Assembly: GCA_030704615.1 (NCBI GenBank)
Contig: CM060734.1
Location: forward strand, 14,136,001 to 14,200,000
DNA: 64,000 nucleotides
Origin: Takakia lepidozioides
Taxonomy: Eukaryota; Plantae; Bryophyta
Reading direction: 5' to 3'
Part shown: positions 26,245 to 38,339 of the stretch, piece by piece
Position numbering within the stretch: position 1 is the first letter of the stretch
How the letters are laid out: each line of letters starts with the position of its first letter
Program-made: the position numbers and the translations under genes
Notes under the pieces: generated by a model
The model's database searches: none
What the model was told of the DNA's origin: nothing
What the model saw: the letters and a program-made list of their open reading frames with translations, nothing else

Positions 26245-29200
26245 GGGGGCTGCTATTTCATGAGCCATGAGCCATGAGCGGCATGAACCATGAGCAGAGT
26301 CGTAAGTGTCGAAAAAAACATGAGCAGGATTTTTTTGCGAAATTATTGTCCACGGGAATAGGGTTGAGGGTGTCACGGTCATAGGGGGACAAGGACCTCC
26401 CGATGAAGGAGGTTGGGCAATGTTTTTTAGAATTACATATTGAAAGGCAATGTTTTGCGAATGGTAGGGTGGTACTGCTCTGTACAATGGGCCCCCATTA
26501 CAGCCTACCAACCACTTCCAAAATCCATCCCCACTCCCAATCCAAAACAAAATGACGAATGATGCATTGTGAGAACGATGGATACAGAATAGAACAAAAA
26601 GGAGGGCACAGTGGGGTTTTTTATTGATCCACAAGAATTGCATTTGAAGCACGTCTACTGTGCTGATGGTGCAAACAAATCTATAGCCCTGTGCCTTCTG
26701 AATACAAGTCACGTTGTCATCGAGACTTCGACTGCTCTGAAAACTAGCTCATGAGTCATCGGGCTCCTCCAGATAAACTGGATTGCAGCCGTTGTACCGC
26801 CCCTGTTGATGTTCACCACAATGTCGTGCCCTTCAATCATACCACCATCGAATATGGAAAGCTTCACTTTTTCATCCTCCACACCAATGCGAATGTCGCC
26901 ATACAATGGAGAAGAGGAGCGCACTCTTTCAGGAGTATACGTCTCTCCGATGGAGTCCACCCACGTCCACTGGCTGCAGTTCCACCGCAATAGCATAGCA
27001 GTGCGCATTCTTCTGCATGGGTGCACGCCGTAGCTGGAAAAATCAGAATCAAGGATGTGCAGGAGCCACGGACTCCTCAGACACTTTTACAATTACGAGG
27101 ACGAGAAAATATCCTCACAAAGTGTGCGCCATAGAGGCTGCCACGGGAAGACCTTCCTCCCTCCTCAAATAACAATGAGAGTTAGGATCATCTTCAAAAG
27201 ATGATTGTAGTGCATAGCGACAGCAAGACATGTAGACTTCGAACGGTGCAATGACAAATGTGCTTTTAAAAGTTGCCACTCAGAGCTCACTCCGTATAGT
27301 TGGAGGCCATATCATTGCACCGCTGACGAATTGATGTGAATTACACATTTCAAATCATGGTCGTCCACATACCACATTGCATAGTTGATGCTACCCATGT
27401 GTTGTATCCCGCTGCAATAGAGTATCGACCTCGTTGAAACTCATAGTGGCCTGGTGAATGAAGTTGTCTCGTTTGGGATCGCAAACCATCCTCTTCAAAA
27501 ATATGAAATACAAATGTTTGCAGGGTATGAATTTACCTCTCTTGCCCAAACTGGTTGATAGCATATTCACAAAATCAGGACATGTGCAATTGGGGAAATT
27601 GGAAACCGTGATGTCGTAGGTCCTGTCATGAACAACAGATGTGGAAGTGATGATTGTGAATACCCGACCATATCCTGGATCGGGTACTTCCGTGGTGCTT
27701 CCAACACGAGCTTGGAGCATTCTTGCGGACTCCACTTTGCCAAAGTGTTCAACAGTTGGAGGGAAACGCGGAACGAGCTTTCCATCTCGTTTGGTTGGCC
27801 ACAAGTCAGGATTTGCCGGGGGGACCCAGGAGGACGCAGAAGTAGAAGCACATGCATGGAGTTCGGGTTGTCTTGCAAGGGAAAAGCCTGCCTCCTCCAG
27901 CATTTCAATCTCCTGAAATCTGAGATGTGTTCCCACCTTCACAGGCCAAACGGTTGGAGGAGATGGCTTCATCACTATGGAAGGACGCACAGTTCCATGC
28001 ACACATCTGGCACAATCATCTGCGCAGAACCAGAACTTGTGGTTCTTGGCTCCTGGTTGACCGTATGGACGCATCAAACCCGTGAAAGTTGGAGCAGGAG
28101 TTCGGGCACCACCTCTGGATATAGATGAAGTGCACTTCTCGAAATTAGTCCCTGATCGATGTACATTTCACACGAGACCCTACACTTGTGCGTTCTATGT
28201 GCCAAACGTGGTCGGGGCATGCGGACTCAAGCACATCAAGGGGGTTGTTTCTCTCCTGCACCATTTCAGTGGCACTGTTTGATGCTGGAGCTTGCCGTCG
28301 TGTTGGAGGTTCCTCCACAATGGAGGTTCCGGACATGGAGCTGTCATGCAGGGGAACATGAGGCTTCGAGAAGTTATCATGGTCTGCCCTGTGCGAATCG
28401 AAATCCGAACCAGGTGGAGTGTTCAATTTCCTCTTACAGGAGCCGAATCTCTCCTCCCCTTCAAGATGTGGAACTCTAGAAACAAGTGGCGTTCCCTGGG
28501 CATACATGCTCACCACCCGTGCTATCTTGATTGGATCCCCAGATCTGTTTGCAGCACGCAACATCAACTCCCATTTGTTCGGACCCTTGCCACCAAACCC
28601 CACCTCGCAAGAAATCACGGTATCGGGTTTGTTGTTGCAAGGCACGTATCAAATCATCTGTTGTTGCCACATACAAATCCCGACCTCGTTTCCCAGACTG
28701 CTGCAACCATGCGTTGTGCACAGTTTCTGTCAAATTGCAAGATGGCATGTCCGCCATTTCCTCAATGGACATGTTCTGCAAAGTGGAGAACCACACTTCA
28801 AAACAGTGAACAGAAAACAACATAAAGAAAGCGAGGACACAATAAAATGGAAAGTAAATGTATGAATAAAGCAAGAAATATAAGCCTTGTACCACTGGCA
28901 TGGCTGCTCCCCACTGTCTATACCGGAAGTGCCAAAACGCTAGCCAATCTTCCAATGCTCTCATACTCTCAAGTGATGCAGCTCCAGAAGAGAACCACCA
29001 AGCACGAATTGTCTGGAACAAAGTGTCCGCCTCCTTCATTGTTCTAGCATCTTTGTACTCTTTGCACAATTTACGGTGTTGAGTCTGCATCTCTGGTTTG
29101 ATGTCCGACTTTGTATGTTTTTCCAGAGATTGTGTCCAATGGAATAGACATGTACGCTCTCTTCCTTGCATTGGCACTTTTGGGTCGCCCGATCCGAAGA

Positions 29201-30459
29201 CAATACGAACAGCATTGAAATTTGCTTGAGCACCATCCGCCATGAAACCTGCAAAATTTGGAGATGGCAGCCCATGGCAGCCCATACACGTATCAGGGAA
29301 TTCCACATGAGCTTCTGGGATTCCGTATCCTCGGATTGCATGTCACAAACTGCAATTGTCATAACTCGTTGGTACACTGGATCGTAGACATGACAAGCCA
29401 TTGTCGTCCAATCCTTCACTCGTTTCACATGATCAAACATAAGAAAACAGTTCTGCAAGTCCCCAGTCTTCTGCATCCGCTTCACTAGGCTAACCCCACT
29501 GCCCTCCCGAATAGTCGACATTTTGAAAAGAAAAACTTTGATGGCACCTTGACCTGGGAATACATTGTCCTGGATGTAATCGTACTTGCTCACTCGTTTC
29601 AACTACAAAATGTTGTCTATGTAGCCTCTGATACCAGAGCCCATTCTTAATGCATTGATCTGATGTCGAATGTTAGGTGAACTCAAAGTGGAGAAATGAT
29701 CCATGACCAGGTCCAATGCTGCACCGTCAAGTTTAGTCCCCACAGAATCCCCTTCACTCAAAATATGGCTTTCCAAGAAGGACTTGCTTGCGCCAAGAGC
29801 AATTGCAGATGTTGTTGCGGATGGGTTTCTCCCGAACTCCTGTTTAATCAACCTCAATACTGTCTCAACACTGTCCCTGTAATCCCCCTTCGAGACAGGA
29901 TGGTTATGGAATCCGAAATGCACATAAGCTCTTGTCATTGTTTCCAAACGGTGGACAACATAGTACATTCTTGCTCCGCAGAGCGCCAAGCAAGATGGCA
30001 CAAGTTTGCAGAATTTGCAGACGAAAGTCTTTGCCGGTGGTGGGGCAGTCCCAGGCTGAAATGGATTTTCCGCCAGACCCTCCCATTCGCTTTGATTATG
30101 AACCCCAGACTGAAGAAAGTGTCTGCAATTCAAATTATCACACCTAAGGTGTCCATTGCAAACTGTTCTCCTGAAAACAAGCTTGTCATCATTCTGAATA
30201 TTGGATATTTTTGTTCTGCACCACGGGTGCCCGTCGTGTTTCTTGTCCATTCCATGCATCATGATTGTTACACCTCCAACTCGCAGAGGAGGAGGCAGCT
30301 TGAATAGGATATCGCCATCAAAAGTCTCTCGCAAGAACTTCACAGGCACCTGCTTGAAAGATTCCCAATCAATTCCTCGCAACTCACTTTTGAATCCAGC
30401 CATTCCTCCCATCGCCCGTAATTTTGGAATGACACTACAAATCTCTTCTTCATCAACTT

Positions 30460-30814
30460 TGTCAAGTTAAATAAGCACAGTGTGAAACTAGCTAGAATAA
30501 AGCTAGTTATTTGTATTTAACACTTGGATTTAGGTCAAGTGTTAAATCAGGTGTCAAGTTTAGTTTGACACCTGACCCGTCTTATCTTCACGAGAGCGGC
30601 AGTCGCGCGGCTCATCTCTCTTGAGTTGAGCCTGCGCGACCGAGCTCCTTCATGCGTTTAGATTTGAGTGTGCTTATGATGGGAGTGTAGGTTGTTGTGG
30701 GGTGGAGTCCCCATAGCTTGGGGTGCCCCTGGCTCGACTTCTGTTTTAAAGAGTGATAGCGATGGATTCATGTTGTTTCTGGTGTGAGCAGTGTGTTATC
30801 TAGTTTTCTTATCA
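30460..30814 (+). repeat. Terminal repeat A (355 bp), near-identical to 41676-42030
   Basis: Both copies run from TGTCAAGTTAAATAAGC to TTTTCTTATCA with only a few substitutions. Confidence 0.95.
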
Positions 30815-30896
30815 CTCGAGAGAGATGAGCTCTCTATCTAGTTTTCTAGTGCTAAGCTAGATATGATGTTTTTGTTTTTTTTAAGCACTATTATAA

Positions 30897-31178
<282 letters not shown>

Positions 31179-32036
31179 TAGCACCTGTGTCGGGGGCTTA
31201 TTACACCACTGCGTGTATATGCTGGGATTCTTGCATGTGATGAGTTCCATGTCGGAGTGTTTGGTTTTCTCCATTGGGGCGATTTTGCTGCAAATAACAT
31301 GAAGAATGGCAAAACCTTGTGGGAGATGTCGCACATTCTTATGACTGTGGAGTTGTCCGCCGCTGGCAGCTCGAAGGGGGCAGGTAGGTTCGGGGGGGAA
31401 AGAGCAAGAGAAAGAGAAAGAAACAGTGAAAAAGAAAGAGAGAAGATAGAAGAAACACTTCCGTGATTCGAGGGGGAGGCAACCGAGTCACATGAATACC
31501 AGTCCCGAGTCGCAGGCTGCGCTTGATTGTGGAGACACCCGTATGGATAAGTTCATCGCAGTGAGATGAGCAGAAGGCCGACGAATAAATGGATTGCGTC
31601 CAGCTGCAGGGAAGCGAAGTGAATCCACTCACCCTTGGAAGAGTGCCCTGGTAGCAGCAAATCCTTCTCGTCCATAATGGCAAGAATCTTTGTTGACGGG
31701 GACAAATTGGAGCCAAGGCCTGGACAGTCTTCAATGAAAGCCCCCCATGTGATCCCAGCATGAGGGTGAAGAGACAGATGTGCGAGCCGTGCTCGAAATT
31801 GTCAATCTTAGTGCGGAAAGTAGGGATTGGGCTATTGTCAATTGGATTTTTCGCCATGAAGATGTCAATGTCATTTGCAGTTATCCATAAGGATTCCATA
31901 TTGATGCCGTCATTTGCCGTGACAAGAAAGGAAGGGGAGGGAAGTCGCCTGTAAATCATGGGAGTGATGCAGGTAGACTTGGGGTCAGCTTGAGAGAGGT
32001 TGAGTGGACAACCTTTGAGAGCAAGGGCTGGGAAGG

Positions 32037-32148
32037 GCTGAGCAGAACCAGGAGCTGGTAGGAGCTGACTGAGCAGAACCAGGAGCTGGTAGGAGCTGAC
32101 GGAGCAGAACCAAGAGCTGGTAGGAGCTGACGGAGCAGAACCAGGAGC
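32037..32148 (+). repeat. ~30-bp tandem repeat (CTGACGGAGCAGAACCAGGAGCTGGTAGGAG), about 3.5 copies
   Basis: Directly visible in the sequence. Confidence 0.85.
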
Positions 32149-32731
32149 AGGCATCTCTGCTGCATGGCTTTGGAGATTGACGAGCATGCAAGCTGCTCAT
32201 GCGCAACCCTTTGATCAGGTCTTTGATCGGCCGAATCGGCCAACACCCCACACCACCTCCTTGTTCCTGCTTGCTCGCGCAGGCTTGGCCATCGCTGCCC
32301 TCGTCTGCGTCCGCCTTGCTTCTCTCCCTGGGCGATGGCGAACATGAAGCCCCGTGAGAGCAAAGACCCGGAGTCAGCATAGTCGGGGAACGGCCTCGGG
32401 AACCCGTAGATAACCTAGGAACAGGTTGTAATGACGAGAACGTTTGGGTGTTAAAAAATAAATAAATAAATAAAATCTTTTGATCTAATTTAAAGGATTT
32501 AGAGCCTAATTGGTCATATCTTTGTCAAATGGACTCTGTTTGACCCAGTTTTTGAGGGGATAGCTGCAGAAAGGGAAAATCTACCTATCTAGACCTGGTT
32601 TTTGTTTTTGGGACTCTGCTAAAAATCTATGGAATTTTTAGAGTGTGAGTGTGCCATGAAAGATCCACAATCCTGTTTCTAGAACCTGTTCTGGTCTACA
32701 TGAGAAATAAATCTGGGGATGTACTCCTTGT

Positions 32732-33481
32732 ATGGCTGGGGGAAATGAGGACGTGATTGAAGGGCAGGTCTCTTCTCTTAGCCTGTGCACCAAAGGGGAC
32801 AAGATTTATGTTTCCCAAGGAACTCAGACTGATTTGAGTGGAGAACAGTTGGACGAGTTGATTGCATACTGGGAGTCAGGCATTAGTAGTGGACAACAAA
32901 CTGCTGTAGTTGGCGTTGAGGGCCTCAATATCGCCTTGGACAGTCAGAACTCTGTTGGAGCCAGCAGTTCTGCAGCTGTAGGTGAAATACCAAAGTGGGT
33001 GAAAGCTAGGCTTGGAACACAGCCAAAGACAGCCCCGGGGACCAAGGTGTTCAGCCACAAGGCCGTGGTGTATTGGAGTAGAGGAGCAGGAGCTACACAA
33101 GTTTGTGCAATCAGACAGCGTTGCAGCCGGACATGCTCTGCACAAGGCAACCACGAGCGGGGGTTCATTTGCAAGGACAAGTTTGCTCTGCTTGAGGGCG
33201 ATGCAGTCATCCGCAATGAGGACACCCGCAACCGTCTCAAAGCTTTCGAGTTGAGAGACTATCAGACCCTACCTTTGTTTTCTTTAGTGTTCAGTGAGCG
33301 GAAGATAGGGGAGTATCGCTTTGTCTCTACTTGGCAGAAAGAGGAGGAGGGTTGGTTAGAGCGAGCTACTGTAGCTTGGGACAAGGTTAGTGGCAGGTTT
33401 CTGGACATAGATATACCTCCTACACCTTACCATCATGCAAAGAGAGGCACTTTGAGAGAAGTCTGGCAGTTGATAGCATAG
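32732..33481 (+). CDS. Uncharacterised 249-aa ORF upstream of gag
   Basis: ATG-started open frame with normal composition and a C..C..C..H cluster; family not recognised. Confidence 0.35.
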   Translation: MAGGNEDVIEGQVSSLSLCTKGDKIYVSQGTQTDLSGEQLDELIAYWESGISSGQQTAVVGVEGLNIALDSQNSVGASSSAAVGEIPKWVKARLGTQPKTAPGTKVFSHKAVVYWSRGAGATQVCAIRQRCSRTCSAQGNHERGFICKDKFALLEGDAVIRNEDTRNRLKAFELRDYQTLPLFSLVFSERKIGEYRFVSTWQKEEEGWLERATVAWDKVSGRFLDIDIPPTPYHHAKRGTLREVWQLIA

Positions 33482-34000
33482 ATCAGGATTAGATCTTGCT
33501 TGGGCGGGCTTCTATTCTTCCCCTCCATTTCTGTACTATTTTCATTACCTTGTACTTGTAGTTGCCAAAGCCTCTCTTGGTGGAGGCCAGTCAGTCCGGG
33601 GTTTTGGGCTGGGATATTCTGCAAGATCAGCATTGCAGCTGGATTTTGGTGTGGGGGTGTTGATGTTTTGATTTCTTGTGTTTGGATCCCCCCCAACACC
33701 TGCATGCTTGACTGTGCGCCATGTTGGTTTTGTGTGGGCGCTTGCTTTCATAGGGATTAGGCCGGATTTGATCACCGGTCAATCCTAGAGTATGCTGTCG
33801 GTGGTGAGGCTGGAGTGATGACCAGCAAGACCACCAGTGTTTCTTCTATGGTGAGGCTAGGTTGATGACCAGCTAACCATAGGAGTTCTTGCGGTGGATG
33901 CAGGTGCAGGTGCCCTGAGCCATTGGGATATGACCCTTAAACTGCAACAGGTGCCCACCCGTGTCACTATTAGATTAGAACTAGAGCCTTATAGTGTCAC

Positions 34001-36665
34001 GTGGAGGAGGTGCACATTGTGAGTGTCATTACGGAGTTACCCAAGGGTTTTGAGGGGAGTACGGCTACAGGTAGTAACAGTGAGAGTGGGTTCACAAGAC
34101 GAGGTATTCGGTTCAGACCACCTTCACCGCCACCCTCAATTACTGTAGAGTCAGACACAGACTCGGAGGCTTTATCAACAGGTGTGCACTTTCATTCGCC
34201 ATTGTTGTGGGACGACATGGAGGAGATGTATGGAGCTACCAAGGGGCCTCGTAGGTACTCTGGAGCTGTGGGCACAATTGAGTTGGATGACTTTATCCAG
34301 GAGTTCGACAGCTGGTGTGATTTGCAGCAGATGCGCAATCCACAGCTATTCACCCCATTCATGGCGTGGAAGGGACTGTTCCAGCATTTGGAAGGCCCGC
34401 CTATGGACGATTACCACGAGTTCAGGCGAGGACATGAAGCAGAGATTGAGGAGTGGAGGATGTATTGGTCACCTGACTACGTCTCCATTACTCGAGGCAC
34501 GACGCGACCAGTAGCTGCATCAGTACCAATAGCTCCCACTGCCAGCACTAGTAGTGGAGCAAGTAGTGCTGGTACTTCTGCAGGTGGTACCAGTTCAAAA
34601 GGTGCTACTACTCCTCCTGCCACGACTACAACACATGTGCCTATATTCAACCCGGTGGTGGAGTTCTTCCAGGAGTTGCGGAGGAACTACCAAGGTGTAC
34701 GGACAGAGAAGCTGCGAAGTTTGCAAGACTTCCAGCGCAAACCCAGTGAGAGCCTGCGAGAGGCGTACACTCGTATGAGGCGCTTGATAAGTGTGACCCA
34801 AGGGGTTACTGAAGCTCAGGCAATCCAGTTTTGGTATGGAATTCTGGACAAGGAGCTCAAGAGAAGGGTGCGAGATGCAACCCTGTTACAAGCAGCCCAA
34901 CCCACATTAGCAGATGTGTTTCTGCTGGCTGAGCGGATTGAGCTCAACATGGTGGAGGAGCGAGTTGTTACAATTGGATTTGGCAAGGACATGCCTGTAC
35001 GGGGCACAGCTGTCAGCCCACAGGCACAAAGGACTGCCCAACAGCGTGGTCAGGGGGGCAAGGTTGCCCAGCCCAAGTTCCATGGAGCTTACAGGGGACC
35101 TCAGGTGCAGAGGCCCGTGGCATCTTTTGCAGGCCAACAGCAACCAGGGGTGATATGTTGGACATGTGGAGGACCCCATGTCAAAAGAGATTGCCCAGAG
35201 AGTGGCAGAAGGCCGGCACAAGCACAGCCTGCACAATTGCAGTGTGGGCATTGTGGCAAGTATGGGCATGGAGATGCCCAGTGTTATGACTTGCATCCTG
35301 AGTTGCGCCCAAGGCCAGTTCCAAGGGAACAATGGTGGCCGGGGGCAAGGTGGACCAGCCCAAAGAGGACGAGGTGGTCGGGCACGAGGTGCAGGCCAAG
35401 GGCAAGCTCCACATGGCCAAGGACGCGGAGGTCAGGGTGTTGACCAAGGCATGGCCAATCGGCTTCAGCAGCTAGAGCAGAGGCTAGCTGCCATGGCTAT
35501 AGCTCAGGCGGTACCGGCTCCCAGGCGGGATGGTCCACCTCCTGCTCCTGAGGGAGGAGATATGGGAGGCATGGGATTCATGTGCGGAGCAGCACTACCA
35601 CTAGAGCAGGTGGAGTCTGCTGCAGCCGTGACTCGAGGAGCAGCACGAGTTCCTGAGCCACGAGGTGCAGAGGTGGAGTTGGATCCACAACGTGGGGAGG
35701 CAAGCCGTCAGGCGAGGCTGCCTCAGTCATTCACCTTGGCGGAGACAGTGTCAACGCCATCCATGGCACCTAGTTCTCGCCCGACTGTTACCGAGGCGGA
35801 GGTTACTATGCCATTGGGGAGAGCTACACGTGCAGCACTGACACCTGCTACCAAGGCTAGTGCAGCCGGTGTGTTATTGGGGGCAGCCACCTCTGTGTGT
35901 CAAGCCCCACTGTTCTCGGCAACCATGATTGCGACGCCGGGGGTGAGACCAGCTGCAGTGTTCAGACTAGCAGCAACTCTCTGTGAGAGTGGGGAGGTCA
36001 CTTCATCTTCTGCGGAGTTAGTGGAAGGTATAGTGGCAGAGGGATCCTCGGATTTGAGGGTCAAGACTGCCACGGCTGCGCCATGGCAAGCTGCAGCTGC
36101 CAGGTTGACGGAGCTGCCAGCTAGGCCAGCCTTTGAGCGCGCCATGGTGACACCTGGAGTTGTCTTGTTAGACAACCAGGGAGGCATTTTCACTTTGAGT
36201 GGACCGGCAGGCAAGAAGTACCGGCCACTGCGGGTCTTGTTGGACTCAGGAGCTCAGCCACTGATGTTGGGCAGAGCTGCTATTGCAGGTTTGGGCCTCA
36301 TGGAGGCGGATATGGAGCCTTGTCCTTTCCAGATACAAACATCTCTGGGAGGATCAGAGCAGGCTCGGGGCATGACACGGCATCAGTTGGCTATTAGACT
36401 ACAGCCGGATCATCCTGTAGATGGCTCAGTGATGCGAGCCAAGGCCATTGTGACAGACGCAGTCTCTTACGATGTCCTCGTTGGTGGGGCAGTGTTATAC
36501 CCCATGGGCTTCACCCTGGATTTCTGGGAGGAGTCAGCATCCTACAGGCCTGGATGGCAGTCAGGGGATGGTTGCCGTGCACAGCTCCCTGTGACATTCA
36601 TTGGGGGTATTGCAGCTGCCCAGCGGGGCAAGATGCCAACACTAGCCGCCTTCAGCTGCAGTTAG
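34001..36665 (+). pseudogene. Gypsy gag (two CCHC knuckles) and aspartic protease, frameshifted near 35320
   Basis: FQRKPSESLREAYTRM; CWTCGGPHVKRDC; CGHCGKYGHGDAQC; protease VLLDSGA..YDVLVG. Confidence 0.85.
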
Positions 36666-36949
36666 TTGGCCTGGAGAGTTGCTGGAAGGCAATGCCCATG
36701 CAGAGGATGTGCCACCTCCAGCAGAGCAGGATGACATGCATGGTACGGCGGAGTTGCCTGCCATGGTTGCTCACACTCCATTGTGGGGTACGAGCAAGGA
36801 TTTGCAGCAAGCTGCTGATGGACGGGTGCAACATGCTTGGGTAGAAGCTTTTGTACCGTCAGGAGAGGAGGAGAGTGCGGTGATTGCACCAGGACCACCT
36901 CAGTTGTCGCCATTGGACACCACACCTCTTGTGTGGCAGCGGCCGGATG

Positions 36950-37930
36950 AAGGCATATGCCTTCTGGACTTATTTGGCGGGATCAGCACTGGATTGGCTG
37001 CAGTGCAGCAGGCAGGTACGAGTTCGACGTTACCTGTATGTGGAGAAGGATGAGACTGCACGACGCGTCTCACTGCGCCATGTTGCTCAGATGGTGCAGC
37101 AGCAGTACCCTGAGTTGTTGCCAGGTGTCTGCAGTTCGTGGATACAGCAGGCCTTGCCAGCAGACATTGCGTTGCTGGGGGCGCAGGATTTGGAGCGGGT
37201 TGGCTCCATTGATCTGGTAGTGGCAGGTTGGCCCTGCCAAGGGCATTCATCAGCCGGGCATGGCAATGGATTGCGAGACTCGAGGACGGGTCTGTTTTGG
37301 GAGATGGTGCGGATTTTGCGCCACTTGCAGCTTCATCAAGCTGTATCTCCGGCATACATCTTGGAGAATGTGCCACTGATGGGTGATTCTCGGGCCAGGG
37401 TGATGGCCAGTGTGCATCAAGTCCGGTCGTGGCTTGGGTCAGCAGTGTTGCTGGATGCAGCTGCAGTGGGGTCACGGGCTCATCGTCCACGACTATGGTG
37501 GACTAACTTGATGCCACCCGCACTGCTCAAACGTGCATTTGATGGGGTGCAGCGGCCAGCACACCTCACCGTGGATGGCATTTTGGACACAGGAAGGTAG
37601 TCTCAACGTGTGAGACACGATGACCGTTCGTCTTTGGCAGTGGTCAACAGGGTGGGTCAACCACGAGCAGCATTACCTACACTGCTCAGCTTCCCAGGAT
37701 CCCATGCTTTTCGGGATGGTGGACCTGGCCTCCTGTGGGATGCTCAGTTGCAACAGTTAGTGGAGCCTAATGCCGACAAGCGAGAGCGGGCTATGGGGTT
37801 TTCCACTGGGACCACGGCGGTGCCTTCTCTTTCTGAGGCATCACGTCGTCAGGTGTTGGGGCAAGCAATGGATCTCAATTGCTTGACCTGGATTATCAGC
37901 TTGGCTATGGCTGAGCAACGTAGAGTGCGG
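36950..37930 (+). pseudogene. DNMT3-like C5 cytosine DNA methyltransferase domain between PR and RT
   Basis: Motif I LLDLFGGISTG; YVEKD; motif IV DLVVAGWPCQG; motif VI YILENV; motif VIII AHRPRLWWTN; ERAMGF..GTT; motif X LGQAMD. One frameshift (~37020) and one stop (37598). Confidence 0.88.
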
Positions 37931-38339
37931 AGTGCACTTCCCTTGACGGTCTCTCTGCCTACCGAGACGGTACAGGCAGCGAGTGGGGGCGAGCCGGTGA
38001 GGACCACGGGGTGTAGACATCCATGGCACACGTGGGAGGTGCTCGAGGTCAGAGGGAGTTGGCAGCCAAGGCAGCTGTGATGGATGACATTGGGGATTCT
38101 TCTCGGGTTGAGGAGGTTCTCAATGATGAGATGATGGGGCAGGATGAGGCCTTGTCATTGACTGAGCAGGAAGGGAGTACTGCTCAAGAGGTTGCAGCAT
38201 AGCAACCACGGGACGCGTCCTCTACCTCTAAGCCCACTGGACTTAAGGTTGCAGTTACGGGGACAATTGGGAGCCTGACATTGGACCCATTGTCACCGGA
38301 GGAGAGAGACGACGTATACGGCGGTTCCTGAGGGCTTAC

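Noticed and set aside
27628-30307. Plus-strand ORFs opposite transposase A (and similar antisense ORFs over other TE genes)
   Set aside because: They are shadow frames of well-supported genes on the other strand and lack motifs.
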